Positions 61,768 to 64,000 of a stretch of 64,000 nucleotides of DNA are shown here, one piece after another. The stretch is from positions 22,692,001 through 22,756,000 of the forward strand of contig OZ249438.1 in assembly GCA_965235115.1 (NCBI GenBank), written 5' to 3'. This DNA is from Laetmonice hystrix. Taxonomy: Eukaryota. The position numbers and the translations under genes are program-made. Numbering within the stretch: the stretch's first letter is position 1; each line of letters opens with the position of its first letter. The notes under the pieces were generated by a model, which was given only the letters and a program-made list of their open reading frames with translations, ran no database searches and was not told the origin of the DNA.

Positions 61768-62306
61768 AACAGGACATTCAGAGAACATAGGTGTAACCGG
61801 CTGGACTGGGCATGGCTGCAGTCCACCAACAGGACATTCAGAGAACATAGATGTAACCGGCTGGACTGGGCATGGCTGCAGTCCACCAACAGGACATTCA
61901 GAGAACATAGATGTAACCGGCCAGACTGGGCATGGCTGCAGTCTACCAACAGGACATTCAGAGAACATATGTAACCGGCAAGACTGGGCATGGCTGCAGT
62001 CCACCAACAGGACATTCAGAGAACATATGTAACCGGCCAGACTGGGCATGGCTGCAGTCCACCAACAGGACATTCAGAGAACATATAGATGTAACCGGTC
62101 AGACTGGGCATGGCTGCAGTCCACCAACAGGACATTCAGAGAACATATAGATGTAACCGGCCGGACTGGGCAGGGCTGCAGTCCACCAACAGGACATTCA
62201 GAGAACATAGATTAACCGGCCAGACTGGACATGGCTGCAGTCCACCAACAGGACATTCAGAGAACATAGATGTAACCGGCCGGACTGGGCAGGGCTGCAG
62301 TCCACC
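61768..62306. repeat. Minisatellite, 60 bp unit (57-62 bp variants), 9 copies
   Basis: Unit AACAGGACATTCAGAGAACATAGATGTAACCGGCCAGACTGGGCATGGCTGCAGTCCACC. Confidence 0.97.
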
Positions 62307-64000
62307 GTCTTTCTCTCCTTGCTACAGCCCATACTCGTCATTGATCCAATAAAGGCATGCACACCTTAGTCAACCACATGACATACTGAAAGACGATAAT
62401 GGAAGGCATTGACATTTCTAGGAATCTCCCATGTACCGATCATGATACACTACCTGAGTGACCATTCCAGCCTGGTCCCTGTGAGTGTAATTATTAAACG
62501 ATAAATTATAAGCCAGACAGGTAGCGCGTGGCACGGTTTCAAATGACCTCCTGTAATTAGGATGGCGGAAGAGCTCCCCCGCCAGCACGCCCCCCACGGC
62601 TGGCAGGCAGACAGACCTGGCACGCTGACGGGCTTGACGTTATACCACCCGTTACAACGCCACGCGGCCTCAGGGCCTATGGACACGGCCGGTCTATAAG
62701 CGGAGGAATCACTTTAATTAAATGTCAGATAGTCATTATTTTGTGACACCACGCTTGACCAGACGGTGGGAGTTCCGGCCGCCGCCCAGGTGTATAGTGC
62801 ACGGGGTGGTGGCGGATCTGTAGGTAATGGGGGGAGGGCAGGATATCGCTTCGATCAAGACGACCTACAGACCGTATAGGTCTCGGACAGTGTCGTATAT
62901 ACTGATCGTGTCACGCGCCCTTGGCACACAATACTCTCACCTTGCACCTGCACCGGTAGGAATGATATAGTCTGACACCGTGCACAGATACAACTATATT
63001 CACACTATAATGACACGCCATTAAATCCCATTCCAAGGGGTCTATACCAGGTTGTCTTCTTACTGAGGTATGGCTGCATGCATGGCACGAACAATTGACA
63101 ACATTACACCAGCTATACTTTATTATATGATATGACAGACGCCAAAAGTCCGATTGAAAATAGATCTTTCCTAATTCCTATTTCGAAGTATTTTGTACAA
63201 ACTGTTGTTTCCAAGTTACAAGGGAACTCGCATTTGAAGTGAAAAAATAAAAAGACCCTCAATAATTTTGGACTTCTGATGAGTTACAAAATGAAGAGTA
63301 CATAGTCTACTTGCAGTTGCTTGAGTTCTTGGAGTGGGATACCGTCCCATTGGTGTTATAAAATTTGTGACCATCCTGCCCCCTAACAACTTTAACTTGA
63401 AGCCAATGACTTACTGCCATGTGTGCGTGTGTGCATTCCCCCGCCACGACTTGTGACACACATGCGTGTCGATTTGGAAGTGAGCTAATTCAGCGTGGTG
63501 GGACTGCATTAGTTTTCCGTTATATAAAACGGGCTGTAGGGTCCCCCGTGAGGGCGAACTGTTCGTGATGCGTCCACTGTCACGCCACCTATAGACGTGT
63601 TAACTTTCACGACTACAGGCCCAGAGTGAGCAGTGGGCGGTAATTAGCTGTGTACCTGCCCGCCACTTTTGTCTGAACGTCTCATCTGTACATTAACGAC
63701 ATTGGCATGCACGGCGCGGCTCTTAGTAAAACCTCTGATGTGACGGGTGGTGGAAGGTGGACACACTGCCTGCACTCATTGAGAGATCAGCCACGTCTCT
63801 GTACTGACCATCAGGTCTGCTGACACATCCCGCCTCTCTCCTCACAATGCTTTACCAAAAGTATTTGAAATTAAACTCCTTTTCCCCTAAGCCCGCCCCA
63901 GCACTGATGAGTACCCTTACTATACAAAACCCGCTATATTAGGATGATGGCAAGGTCCTCTTAAAAGGCCTATCTTTTTTCTTTGCCGACATGAGGTCTT

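Noticed and set aside
7327-62306. The regular arrays as CRISPR arrays
   Set aside because: They are head-to-tail monomers without unique spacers, there are no cas genes, and the context is eukaryotic.
3260-63085. Frequent TGCATGCA and TAGGCCTA words as RBFOX sites or a taxon signature
   Set aside because: These palindromic words are common in many invertebrate genomes; enrichment cannot be assessed without a background count.
1-64000. Homeobox, paired box, bHLH, zinc-finger or conserved bilaterian miRNA sequences
   Set aside because: A by-eye search on both strands for WFQN, YPWM and VNQLGG codons and common mature miRNAs found no credible match; short exons could have been missed.

Overview
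This is a 64 kb stretch of animal (eukaryotic) genomic DNA from a gapped scaffold assembly with three N gaps. It is almost entirely non-coding. Canonical CTCF motifs, a Tc1 remnant and a tRNA-derived V-type SINE point to a bilaterian, probably an invertebrate; I cannot name the species. Well-supported content: (i) five minisatellite arrays with 55, ~63, 72, 65 and 60 bp units, plus microsatellite/low-complexity tracts; (ii) a decayed, 3'-truncated Tc1/mariner transposase on the minus strand (46.9-48.3 kb) interrupted by a ~550 bp ACTCGTA/TACGAG-rich insert; (iii) three small TIR elements (TA-flanked, CWG-flanked, and one with a 5 bp TSD); (iv) a SINE with a 12 bp TSD plus a separate copy of its tail. 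The best gene signal is a short, GC3-rich, ATG-initiated first coding exon on the minus strand (31094-31184, MAARDLLHGGFGTTIMQNPYYTAERSLPYY) with a GTAAGC donor, about 1 kb downstream of a GC-box/CCAAT promoter-like block. I do not recognise the protein. Many GC/CpG-rich islands with clustered TF motifs suggest the regulatory landscape of a developmental gene (inference). I found no prokaryotic systems, CRISPR arrays, rRNA, true tRNA or recognisable known miRNA. I cannot demonstrate a new biological system; the items below are leads only. Nearly all long ORFs in the track are artefacts of repeats, N gaps or GC-rich low complexity.
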